The position numbers and the translations under genes were made by a program. A stretch of DNA of 54,509 nt from Candidatus Woesearchaeota archaeon (GTDB lineage Archaea > Nanobdellota > Nanobdellia > Pacearchaeales > GW2011-AR1), in contig CAYIVX010000001.1 in the NCBI GenBank assembly GCA_964366925.1, positions 1 to 54,509 on the forward strand, written 5' to 3'. The notes under the pieces were generated by a model. That model had not been told where the DNA came from and did not search any database. It was given only the letters and a program-made list of their open reading frames with translations. Of the stretch, positions 8,148 to 16,460 are shown piece after piece; position 1 is the first letter of the stretch, and each line of letters opens with the position of its first letter.

Positions 8148-9116
8148 ATGGTGGATATTATTAAAGAGGCTGAGAAAGAAGAAAGAAAGGTTGAAAAGTT
8201 CTTTAAAGATAAATCAAATATATGGATGATTGTATCTGTAGTACTTGCGGTTGTTCTTGTTGTTACTTTAGTTATGCCCAGGGGATTAAATGGAGATGCT
8301 GCTGGAAAAACTTTACTTAATTTTTTGAATACAGAGGTTGTTCCAACTGGTGGAGTAACATTAAATAATGTTACAGATAAAGGCAGTTTATATGAAGTTA
8401 GTGTTTTATATAAGGGACAGGATATACCTGTTTTTATTACTAAAGATGGAAAATATTTTATTCAGGGTGCTACTGAAATAAATGCTGCTAAATCTGCTAC
8501 TCCGACTACTCCTACTCAAACTCCTACAGAAGTTCCTAAATCTGATAAACCTGTCGTTGAATTATTTGTTATGAGCTATTGTCCTTATGGAACTCAAGCC
8601 GAAAAAGGGTTTATCCCTATGGTTGAAGCACTTGGAAATAAAGTTGATGCTAAAGTTAGATTTGTTCATTATACTCTTCATGGAGATAAGGAAGTTCAGG
8701 AAAACTATAGACAAATCTGTATAAGGGAAGAACAAGGTGATAAATATTGGAAATACCTAAAATGTATCTTGAATTCAACAGATAGTTCTGCTCCTGCTGA
8801 TGTAACAAAATGTATGACTAGTAATGGAATTAGCACTACTAAAGTTGATGACTGTGTTAAGAATCGAGCTGCAACTTTATATAAAGTAGATTCTGATTTA
8901 AGCCAACAATATGGTGTGCAAGGTTCGCCTACACTTATTATTAATGGTGTAGAATCTAATGCTGGAAGAAATGCGGCATCTTATCTTGCTGGTGCTTGTG
9001 CTGCTTTTAATACTCCTGCTTCTGAATGTTCAAAGACATTGCCTACTGCAAATCCAAGTCCTGGATTTGGATATGGTTCAGATAGTTCTAGTGTTGCTGC
9101 AAGTTGCGGTGCTTAA
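8148..9116 (+). CDS. Membrane-anchored thioredoxin-fold (DsbA-like) thiol-disulfide oxidoreductase
   Basis: N-terminal TM, a T/P-rich linker, then ELFVMSYCPYGTQAE (a CxxG/CPYG active-site-like motif) and GSPTLIINGV near the C-terminus. Confidence 0.6.
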   Translation: MVDIIKEAEKEERKVEKFFKDKSNIWMIVSVVLAVVLVVTLVMPRGLNGDAAGKTLLNFLNTEVVPTGGVTLNNVTDKGSLYEVSVLYKGQDIPVFITKDGKYFIQGATEINAAKSATPTTPTQTPTEVPKSDKPVVELFVMSYCPYGTQAEKGFIPMVEALGNKVDAKVRFVHYTLHGDKEVQENYRQICIREEQGDKYWKYLKCILNSTDSSAPADVTKCMTSNGISTTKVDDCVKNRAATLYKVDSDLSQQYGVQGSPTLIINGVESNAGRNAASYLAGACAAFNTPASECSKTLPTANPSPGFGYGSDSSSVAASCGA

Positions 9117-9220
9117 TTAGTTCTTAGAATAAGAAGGAGAGGGTTGGGAGTTATTAGGTGAGTTTTAGATTAAGGATTTTATATTTTATTGAACTTCGAG
9201 AAATTAATTTTATTCTTAAC

Positions 9221-10462
9221 TTAAACTGTTAATTTCCCAAGAGAAAGAACAATCTCCTGGCGTTTTTCGGTTAAGTAGTCTGATTCTTCTTCACTAAGAT
9301 TCATTTGTTTTTTTGCAACATCGTCAGTTATTAATGCAAGTATGTTAAAATCATGAAGAGCACGTTTTTTACTTGTATGAATAAGTTCTGCAAGTTTTCC
9401 AGATATACTTTTCTTTTTTAAATTCTTTTGATTTATCATCCAAATTTTTAAAATTCTTTTTGGTGGATTATATTTTGTAAATCTGTCTGGCAGACTTTTA
9501 TTTCCTTTTGCTGCAGAGATTCCTGCTGTAAGAAAGAAGTTCTGATAAGTCATAAAACGCCAGTGTTGCTGTCGGTATATTCTTCCTTTGAAAATATCTG
9601 CTTTGCTCATTGCTTCAAATGCTTTTGCAAGTTCTTCTCCACGATACTCTCCAGGTATATTTTCTTCTAGCCAAAGAGCTATTTGGTCTATTTCCATTTC
9701 AACACTATCATAGGCCTCGATTGTTTTCTTGTGCGTTTTTGTTTTGAATATTTCTCTAAGTGCATTAAATATATCCTGAGATTTTTCTCTTAAATCTATT
9801 TCTTGTTGCATTATTTCAGTTTCTTCTGAATAGATTATTGATTGTAAATCATTTAATGCTGCACGTAAATCTCCTCTTGATTTTGCAGCTATTTCTTTTA
9901 GAGCATTTTCATTAACAATCTTATTTTCTTTTTTTGATATTTCTTTTAGGAAATCTAGTATAGAAAGATAAGGAATTTCTTTAATTGGAACCATTTCACA
10001 TTTGTTTCTAAGTAAAGAGAATTTGTTTTGCCAGATATCGTTGCAGGTTATTATTATCGGAAATTTTGTTCTTTCTATAAGAACTATTAATTCTGGAAGT
10101 CCGCCATAATCTGTTGTAGTAACTCCATCAACTTCATCAACTAGAATTATTTTTCCTTTTGAAAAAAGTGAATGTTGCTGAGTTGATGGTTTTAGAACTT
10201 CATCAAGTTTTGCCCTATTTCTTAAATCGCTTGAGTTTAATTCGAATATTTCATGATTTAATTCTTGTGCGATAACGTGTGCAAGGGTTGTTTTTCCTGT
10301 TCCTGCAGGCCCGTAGAGAAGCATTGCCTTTTTTTGAGATATTCCTTTATTGAAAGAGTTGACGAAAGCTTTTATCTTATCAATGGCTACATCTTGATTT
10401 TTTATTTCAGAAAAATTCTTTGGGCGATATTTTTCAAATAGGGGAGTTGTAGGATTTAACAT
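9221..10462 (-). CDS. rfcL: Replication factor C large subunit
   Basis: Has KYRPKNFSEI, LLYGPAGTGKTTLAHVIAQEL and ILVDEVDG. 413 aa. Co-oriented with rfcS. Confidence 0.85.
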   Translation of the reverse strand: MLNPTTPLFEKYRPKNFSEIKNQDVAIDKIKAFVNSFNKGISQKKAMLLYGPAGTGKTTLAHVIAQELNHEIFELNSSDLRNRAKLDEVLKPSTQQHSLFSKGKIILVDEVDGVTTTDYGGLPELIVLIERTKFPIIITCNDIWQNKFSLLRNKCEMVPIKEIPYLSILDFLKEISKKENKIVNENALKEIAAKSRGDLRAALNDLQSIIYSEETEIMQQEIDLREKSQDIFNALREIFKTKTHKKTIEAYDSVEMEIDQIALWLEENIPGEYRGEELAKAFEAMSKADIFKGRIYRQQHWRFMTYQNFFLTAGISAAKGNKSLPDRFTKYNPPKRILKIWMINQKNLKKKSISGKLAELIHTSKKRALHDFNILALITDDVAKKQMNLSEEESDYLTEKRQEIVLSLGKLTV

Positions 10463-10794
10463 TGTTTTTTTCTCATTTCTTCTTCAATAGACCTAACAAA
10501 AGGTCTTCTTTTTACAAGTTTAATTCTAAAAAACTCTTGAAATCGGTCTCTTAAATAATCTGCTGTTCCCCCATATTCATTATAGTTGAAAGATATATTT
10601 CCACAACAGTCTGCGTGAATTTCTGATTTTTCTTTATTCATTGTAAATAATATTCCCTCTTCTTTGTCTGCCGTAATATCTTCAATTCGTAAATATTTTC
10701 TCATTAATTCTCTTCTAGCAGAATTATCCTGAAGCATTTCTCGTTTTATTCTCGGATATTGTTCTGTACTTGCTTTAGCAAAATAATATGTCAT
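10456..10794 (-). CDS. Hypothetical 112-aa protein wedged between rfcS and rfcL
   Basis: The ORF starts 1 nt after the rfcS stop and overlaps the rfcL start by 7 nt. Contains HADCCGNISFNYNEYGG. No family recognised. Confidence 0.5.
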   Translation of the reverse strand: MTYYFAKASTEQYPRIKREMLQDNSARRELMRKYLRIEDITADKEEGILFTMNKEKSEIHADCCGNISFNYNEYGGTADYLRDRFQEFFRIKLVKRRPFVRSIEEEMRKKQC

Positions 10795-10795
10795 T

Positions 10796-11770
10796 TTACG
10801 GCTTATTTATACCGAGACCTGCTAGAACAAAACTTGCAAGCAGGGATTCTAATTGAACAAATTCATCGCTTCCTTCAACAAGTCTAAATTCTATTTCGCC
10901 TGTTTTTTCGGTAAGTTTTACTTTTAATTCTGGATCAATATCTAAATTCCAAACTTCTTTTTGAATTGATTTGATAATATCTGTTCCTGCGATTGATTCT
11001 TTAAGCATTATATCTAATAATTTTTCTCTTGATTTCAGGAAATCTCCTGCTAGAGCATAATCTAACACTACACGAATATCTTTTGGTTTTGCATTAGATA
11101 AAAGAATATTTATTATTTCTTCCGTAATTACTGGTGAAATTGATGAAGAAGCCTGTAGTAAATTTATTGCACGTCTGCAATCGCCTTCACTTCCTTCATA
11201 GAGTATTTGATGTGCTTTTTCATCAATAGTTAATTTTTCTTTTTCAGCTATCTTTTTAACTATTTTATCCATTTCTTTTTTTTCGAGTAAACGGAAACGA
11301 AAAACAACGCAACGTGATTGAATTGGGTCTATGATTTTACTTGAATAGTTGCAGGATAATATAAAACGACAGGTTCCAGTATAATTTTCCATAGTTCTTC
11401 TTAATGCTTGTTGAGCTTCTCTTGTTAATGCATCTGCTTCATCCAAAAATATTATTTTAAAGGGTACACTTCCAAGAGATTTTGTTCTTGCGAAATTTTT
11501 GACTTCTTGTCTTATAACATCTATACCTCTTGCATCAGAAGCATTTAATTCGAGATAATTTTCTTTCCAATATTCTTTGAATAATTCTCTTGCAACAATT
11601 ATTGCTAGTGTAGATTTTCCAGTTCCAGCGGGTCCTGCAAATAACATATGGGGGAGATTAAGAGAATTAGTTAAATTTTTTACACGTTTTATTATTTCTT
11701 CTTGCCCGCATATTTCTTCAAATTTACTTGGTCTATACCTCTCTGTCCAAATTGATAATTCTCCTACCAT
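10796..11770 (-). CDS. rfcS: Replication factor C small subunit
   Basis: Has WTERYRP, LFAGPAGTGKST, IIFLDEADALT, SRC (IQSRCVVFRF) and GDCRRAIN. Confidence 0.9.
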   Translation of the reverse strand: MVGELSIWTERYRPSKFEEICGQEEIIKRVKNLTNSLNLPHMLFAGPAGTGKSTLAIIVARELFKEYWKENYLELNASDARGIDVIRQEVKNFARTKSLGSVPFKIIFLDEADALTREAQQALRRTMENYTGTCRFILSCNYSSKIIDPIQSRCVVFRFRLLEKKEMDKIVKKIAEKEKLTIDEKAHQILYEGSEGDCRRAINLLQASSSISPVITEEIINILLSNAKPKDIRVVLDYALAGDFLKSREKLLDIMLKESIAGTDIIKSIQKEVWNLDIDPELKVKLTEKTGEIEFRLVEGSDEFVQLESLLASFVLAGLGINKP

Positions 11771-12093
11771 CTTATATTTTTACTATCTCCTTTTTTTATT
11801 TCCATATTATTAGACTTGGGGGTCTTCTTATAAAGATTACTATGTTTTAAGATATATTTGGTGAGAAGCTGCATCTTAGTTAAGCTTAATAATTAAATCT
11901 ACTACTTCCTCTAGTTTAAAATATTTTAGGAATTATCAAAACAAATTTTTTAAAGAAATTAAATCTTTTTAGATTGTTTGAAAAATTTAAGGTAATAATT
12001 TAAATAGTAATTATTGGGAAGTTTTAGTTGTGGGGTTAGATAGTCTGATGTAGGTTGCTCGAAATCTAAACTAAAATCTATTAAGAATTAATC

Positions 12094-12210
12094 TTATTTG
12101 CTTCTTTGTTTATGCAACTTTCGCTTTCTTTTTTCATCTCTGAGGCGTTTTCTTTGCCATTTCCATCTCATTTGATTCTTTTTCTTCCATCGTCTTGAGC
12201 TTCTTTTCAT
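12094..12210 (-). CDS. rpl41e: Ribosomal protein L41e (38 aa, below ORF-track cutoff)
   Basis: Own translation: MKRSSRRWKKKNQMRWKWQRKRLRDEKRKRKLHKQRSK. The core RSSRRWKKKxxMRWKWxxKRLR matches archaeal L41e as I recall it. Confidence 0.7.
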   Translation of the reverse strand: MKRSSRRWKKKNQMRWKWQRKRLRDEKRKRKLHKQRSK

Positions 12211-12231
12211 TGTATTAAATTTAGAGATTTT

Positions 12232-12510
12232 TTATTGTTTATAAACCTTATCAATTTCCCTGGCCAGGATAAAATCTTGCTCTGTAAGCCCTTTTTGACT
12301 TCTTGTTGCGAGTGATATTCTAATTAATAGATTATCCCATGTTATTGTTGGAAAATGAGATTGTTTCTCTGCTAATTCTGAAATTTTGGAAATAAATAAT
12401 TTTGATTCATTGAAGTTGGTAAACTTAAAATCTTTAGTTATTGAGCCAAATTCTAGATTCCAGTTATTTAACTTTTCTGTCTCTTTTTGAATTTCAGATA
12501 AATTTAGCAT
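12232..12510 (-). CDS. Pterin-4-alpha-carbinolamine dehydratase (PCD/DCoH family)
   Basis: 92 aa. Contains NNWNLE...ITKDFKFTNFNESKLFISKISELAEKQSHFPTITWDNLLIRISLATRSQKGLTEQDFILAREID, the typical PCD layout. Confidence 0.7.
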   Translation of the reverse strand: MLNLSEIQKETEKLNNWNLEFGSITKDFKFTNFNESKLFISKISELAEKQSHFPTITWDNLLIRISLATRSQKGLTEQDFILAREIDKVYKQ

Positions 12511-12576
12511 GAGTTATTATTGTTTTATTGATTATAAAGATTTTTATATGGACTTAATCCTTATTTTAATATCTTT

Positions 12577-12649
12577 AGTCCCGTAAGACAGTGGTCAAGT
12601 CTTCGAGATTCTGAATCTCGCAACCCCGGTTCGAATCCGGGCGGGACTA
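12577..12649 (+). tRNA. tRNA-Gln (anticodon CTG)
   Basis: Manual fold: acceptor AGTCCCG/CGGGACT (A1:U72), D stem AGAC/GTCT, anticodon stem CGAGA/TCTCG with loop TTCTGAA, T arm CCCGG-TTCGAAT-CCGGG, discriminator A. 73 nt. Confidence 0.85.
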
Positions 12650-12766
12650 TTTTTATTCTAAAAATAGTTAGTATTTTAATCGGATTCGAACGCACAGAAA
12701 ATCATCTATTTTCTGAGATTTAAAAACAAGTATATTTTTAAATAATCCGGGCGGGACTATTTTTAT
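12634..12766 (+). repeat. Perfect 23-bp direct repeat of the tRNA-Gln 3' end flanking an 87-bp insert
   Basis: AATCCGGGCGGGACTATTTTTAT occurs at 12634-12656 and 12744-12766. The insert carries hairpin CAGAAAAT-catct-ATTTTCTG (12695-12715) and an inverted 11-nt T-arm fragment, CGGATTCGAAC. Confidence 0.8.
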
Positions 12767-12783
12767 AAAATAAATTTTTAGAA

Positions 12784-12945
12784 TTATACTCTTATATTAA
12801 AATCTTTGGCATCTCTAATCTTTTTATCGTGTTGATCCATTTTTCCACTTTGAAGACAAGCATAACAAATATGAATTGTGCCATCTTTTTCTGTTATTTG
12901 AAATGTATTTTTACATTTTGGACATAATGCGTTTTCTGTTGTCAT
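12784..12945 (-). CDS. Small Zn-ribbon protein (53 aa, not in ORF track)
   Basis: Own translation: MTTENALCPKCKNTFQITEKDGTIHICYACLQSGKMDQHDKKIRDAKDFNIRV. It has a CxxC...CxxC pair. Confidence 0.45.
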   Translation of the reverse strand: MTTENALCPKCKNTFQITEKDGTIHICYACLQSGKMDQHDKKIRDAKDFNIRV

Positions 12946-13094
12946 ATTAGTTTTACAAGAGGTGACTATTTAAGTATTTTGTAAGTGTAGGAGATAGGAT
13001 GATTTAAAAAATCAGGGATTTTTTAACACTTCTTCTTAAAACTAATCAACTTCAATAAGAAGTTTTAAAAACATTCTAAAATTTATTCTATCAA

Positions 13095-13167
13095 GCCCCC
13101 ATAGTCTAGAGGCCAAGGACGATTCCTTCTCAAGGAATAAACCCGGGTTCGAATCCCGGTGGGAGCA
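13095..13167 (+). tRNA. tRNA-Glu (anticodon CTC) with a C3:A70 acceptor mismatch
   Basis: Manual fold: GCCCCCA/TGGGAGC acceptor, D GTCT/GGAC, anticodon stem ATTCC/GGAAT with loop TTCTCAA, T arm CCGGG-TTCGAAT-CCCGG, discriminator A. Confidence 0.85.
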
Positions 13168-13345
13168 TTAACCCCTTATGTGATTTTAGTGGGCATCCTT
13201 CTTTAGGATGTGTATGGACTTTATTAAGATCATTGGGATCTTACGAGTTTTTAAACTTTGTCGAGAGAAAATGTCACAAAAAAGTGACTGAACAAAAAAA
13301 GAAAAAAGAAAAATTGGGAATAGAATCATAAACATTACTTTATGG

Positions 13346-13495
13346 CTATTCTTCGTATTCAGCTAAGAGTTCTTGACCCTTCTCAGAATCAAAATCTACA
13401 AAGTCTATGCTGGGCTTATCCATATCAACTTTTCTAAATTGTTTAAGCTTTTCATCTACAGTATATCCTTTGAATGTAGGCAATTCTTTAACCAT
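13346..13495 (-). CDS. Small acidic ORF (49 aa) within the integrated element
   Basis: Own translation: MVKELPTFKGYTVDEKLKQFRKVDMDKPSIDFVDFDSEKGQELLAEYEE. Its start overlaps the stop of the upstream small ORF (ATGGTTAA). Confidence 0.35.
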   Translation of the reverse strand: MVKELPTFKGYTVDEKLKQFRKVDMDKPSIDFVDFDSEKGQELLAEYEE

Positions 13496-13634
13496 TTTTA
13501 GACCTTGAATTTTCTCTCTTTAATTTCCAAGATGTAACATTGAATAATTTTCCTTTTTCTTTTGCTTCTTCAAATGCTTCTTTCAATGCTTTTTCTTCAT
13601 CGAGTTCAAATTCAGAGTTATTTTCTTTTACCAT
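13488..13634 (-). CDS. Small ORF (48 aa) within the integrated element
   Basis: Own translation: MVKENNSEFELDEEKALKEAFEEAKEKGKLFNVTSWKLKRENSRSKNG. It is preceded by AGGAGG 7 nt upstream. Confidence 0.35.
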   Translation of the reverse strand: MVKENNSEFELDEEKALKEAFEEAKEKGKLFNVTSWKLKRENSRSKNG

Positions 13635-13754
13635 TTTAACCTCCTATTCGGTATTTATTTGAATATTTAAATTTTTTTGTAAAAGAATATTTAATTTCCA
13701 TAATACTTATTAACTTTTGATTAATAAATACCTCTTGGATAAAATAAGAACAAG

Positions 13755-14036
13755 TCATTTCTCCTTAACAAACCAAAGCAATATTGGCAAAGCTTCGCCC
13801 TCTCTTTTTAATTTATTAAAAGCTTTTTCAAGATCTTTAGGCTCGTAATAAAAAGTCATTTTATATCCAAATGTAGAACTTCTTTCTTTAAGCTGGGGAA
13901 ATTCTTCTATTACTGGTTTTCTTAAACTCATCAAACTCCAAGAATGAGTGCTTTCTATATAAGATAGTTTTCCTTTTATCTCTAGTTTATTTCTTTGTGG
14001 TCTTAATACTTTTTCTTCCATTTTGCGATGTATCAT
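13755..14036 (-). CDS. Hypothetical protein (93 aa) within the integrated element
   Basis: ORF track entry. No recognisable motif. Confidence 0.45.
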   Translation of the reverse strand: MIHRKMEEKVLRPQRNKLEIKGKLSYIESTHSWSLMSLRKPVIEEFPQLKERSSTFGYKMTFYYEPKDLEKAFNKLKREGEALPILLWFVKEK

Positions 14037-14112
14037 CTCTTTTACATCGCTTTTTTTACTAGACTAATTAAGATAAACTTCTCGAGTTTATAAATTTGGT
14101 TTCGAATTTTCT

Positions 14113-14261
14113 CCTGAACTGTTCAGGGTTTTTCCCTGAACACCAAACTTATCGAGAGAGAGCAATTTTCAAAAAAGTCGAAAAATCCCTGAACACTTTT
14201 TTCAGCAGAAAAGTATTTAAATAGAAGAACCGAATTAAAATTGAGGTGGTGAGGTGTTCAG
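14113..14261. promoter_or_regulatory. Array of CCTGAACA sites (iteron/operator-like) upstream of the 502-aa gene
   Basis: 15-nt palindrome CCTGAACTGTTCAGG at 14113-14127. CCTGAACA at 14135-14142 and 14188-14195. The inverted form TGTTCAG at 14255-14261. The array ends 29 nt before the ATG at 14290. Confidence 0.5.
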
Positions 14262-14289
14262 CCACCCAGACTGATTCTGAGCGAATATA

Positions 14290-15798
14290 ATGAAGTCAAT
14301 GAAACACGACATAATATCTTTATTTGAAGAGAAAGAAACTGAAATCCCAACATCAGAGATAGTCCTAGCTGTTTCTAAAGAATATGCCCAACTAAAGTCT
14401 CAGAAAAACTTCAATCAAGCCAGACAGATTCACAGGAGAGTTCTTTATCACTTAAACATGCTTGTTCGAGAAAACATACTTAGAGTTGATGGCTATGGAA
14501 AGAACGGACAAAAATCCTATGCCTTAAATGTTTCAGAAGGAGAGCAATTAATAGAGATATCTCCTACAAAATATAAAAAAGAACTTATCGGAAACAGAAT
14601 CCTAATGCCAATAATGCCTATTGAAGGATATGAACAGAAAGGTATTGTTATAAAATCTGGATCTTTAACTGAAAAATTAAACTCTATTGTTGTTTTATGT
14701 GATAAATATTCAGGAGAATTAATCCCCTTAGTTAAGAAACTCCTATCTATTATTGACGATTGTATTTGCCTAGAAAATTTTGAAAGAGAGATAAACAAGA
14801 AAAATGTCATTACTCTTGTTAAAGAATTAGATAAAGAATGTTCATTATATGGCAGAAAAATAAGCTTTTCTGTTAATATCTCTGATGTTGAAAAGAGCAG
14901 AATATTAGAATTAATCCGAGAAACAATTAATCTTAAAAGCATAAACTTTGTTTTTGGGATTAATAAAACAGCATTGTTTGAAAAAGCTGATTTAATCTCT
15001 TCTCTTTTTGATATCTATGCTAAAGAAAAGAAAACTATCTTTCTCAAAAATAGAGATAAGTTTGACTTGCCTTATTTTGTGGGTAATATGGGCGTATATA
15101 GTTTTGATGAAGAAGAATGGAATAATATGCAAGAGAAACCAGCATGCATTGCCTGTTCTCAAAGCACTATTGTCCTAGATGTAAAAAAGTTTTATGATAA
15201 CTATGGATTTAACTTAATTCGATTCAAGGAATTGCTTATGAATATCTCTAAATCTTTTCTGGCTATAAATTCTATACAAAGAGGAAAAGTAAGAGACTAC
15301 TTTAAAGAAAATATCCCTGATTATAATATAGATTTTTTGGAATTATCCCGAAATTATATTAGATTATGGAACTTTGGCTTATTAGAGCCAGAATTAGAAA
15401 CAGAAAAAGTTTTAGATATAATTGATAAAGCTAAACATAAAATCGATGAGTTTGCCCGAACACAGGATAGAATATACAACAGCTGTGGAATGTCAATAAG
15501 ATTCAAGCTTGCTTTAAATCAGGCATCTAAGCAATCTGCAGAGAGTTTAAGCTCAGCAAAATATAAACAGATGCAGATAGACGGATTAAATTCAATAATT
15601 GCAGATTTAAAAGACAGAATAGAAGAAACTTCAAAAGTTTCCTCTTATTTTGATGGAGGCATACATGTTAAGTTTCATCGAATTGGAAAAATAGAAAATT
15701 CTAAAGAATTGCTTAATGAAGTTTCTCTTCTTCTGAATAGGCATAACCTCGCTTTCTTTTCTTATGATATGGAGGGATTAGAATATGGTAGAAATTAG
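14290..15798 (+). CDS. 502-aa protein of unknown function with probable N-terminal winged-helix domain
   Basis: The N-terminal ~85 aa (IPTSEIVLAVSKEY...RRVLYHLNMLVRENILRVDGYGKNGQKSYAL) look wHTH-like. The rest has no P-loop or other motif I recognise. Confidence 0.55.
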   Translation: MKSMKHDIISLFEEKETEIPTSEIVLAVSKEYAQLKSQKNFNQARQIHRRVLYHLNMLVRENILRVDGYGKNGQKSYALNVSEGEQLIEISPTKYKKELIGNRILMPIMPIEGYEQKGIVIKSGSLTEKLNSIVVLCDKYSGELIPLVKKLLSIIDDCICLENFEREINKKNVITLVKELDKECSLYGRKISFSVNISDVEKSRILELIRETINLKSINFVFGINKTALFEKADLISSLFDIYAKEKKTIFLKNRDKFDLPYFVGNMGVYSFDEEEWNNMQEKPACIACSQSTIVLDVKKFYDNYGFNLIRFKELLMNISKSFLAINSIQRGKVRDYFKENIPDYNIDFLELSRNYIRLWNFGLLEPELETEKVLDIIDKAKHKIDEFARTQDRIYNSCGMSIRFKLALNQASKQSAESLSSAKYKQMQIDGLNSIIADLKDRIEETSKVSSYFDGGIHVKFHRIGKIENSKELLNEVSLLLNRHNLAFFSYDMEGLEYGRN

Positions 15799-16435
15799 CG
15801 GAAAAACATCAACAGAAGTCTGGAAGAAAATATTAAAGACTATTATGACTGAAGGAGACTCGTTTAAAGATAGAAGAAAAAGAATCTGCAAAGAAATTTT
15901 AAATGTCTGTGCTACAATTCAGACTACAGATGGAATAATGAAACCTATTGAAACACTTACTAAATTCAATAAATGGATTTATCCTACTCCTGAAAAAATT
16001 AAGAATTCAATTCTCAATAAAGAAGATTCTTCAGAATATTATTATAATTACGGAAAACGGGCTTTTGATCTAGACGGAATAAATCAGATTGATGATTATT
16101 TAATCCCTCTTCTTAAAAAAACTCCGACATCTAAGAGAGGAATCGTTGTTTTTTATTCGCCTGAAAAAGATACTCTTCCCTTAAGAAAAGAAACCCCCGG
16201 TATTGTAATGATTAATTTTATTATTAGAGATAATAAACTTCATTCTACGATGGTCATAAGAAGTAATGATATGTTTCATGGATGGCCTGGAAATGTTGCT
16301 CAAGCATATTTCTTAACAGAGTATGTAGCTGAAGAACTAAATTATCCTATTGGTTCAATAACTACTTTTTCCATTTCAGCCCACATATTTGAAGAGCAAT
16401 TTGAAGATATAAAGAAAGTTATAGGGCGTATATAG
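15785..16435 (+). CDS. Thymidylate synthase (ThyA/dCMP-HMase superfamily) homolog lacking the catalytic Cys
   Basis: [21 protein letters not shown] aligns to E. coli [45 protein letters not shown] aligns to IDQITTVLNQLKNDPDSRRIIV. The P-C-H nucleophile position reads P-G-I. Overlaps the upstream gene by 14 nt. Confidence 0.7.
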   Translation: [216 protein letters not shown]

Positions 16436-16460
16436 TTTTGATTAAGAAGCTGGAGGATTT

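Noticed and set aside
12657-12743. Second or split tRNA (tRNA half) between the duplicated tRNA-Gln 3' ends
   Set aside because: Only an 11-nt inverted T-arm-like match (CGGATTCGAAC) is present. No acceptor, D or anticodon arms can be folded on either strand.
14517-14942. 141-aa minus-strand ORF inside the 502-aa gene
   Set aside because: It is entirely nested antisense in a longer ORF and has a low-complexity S/I/F-rich sequence.
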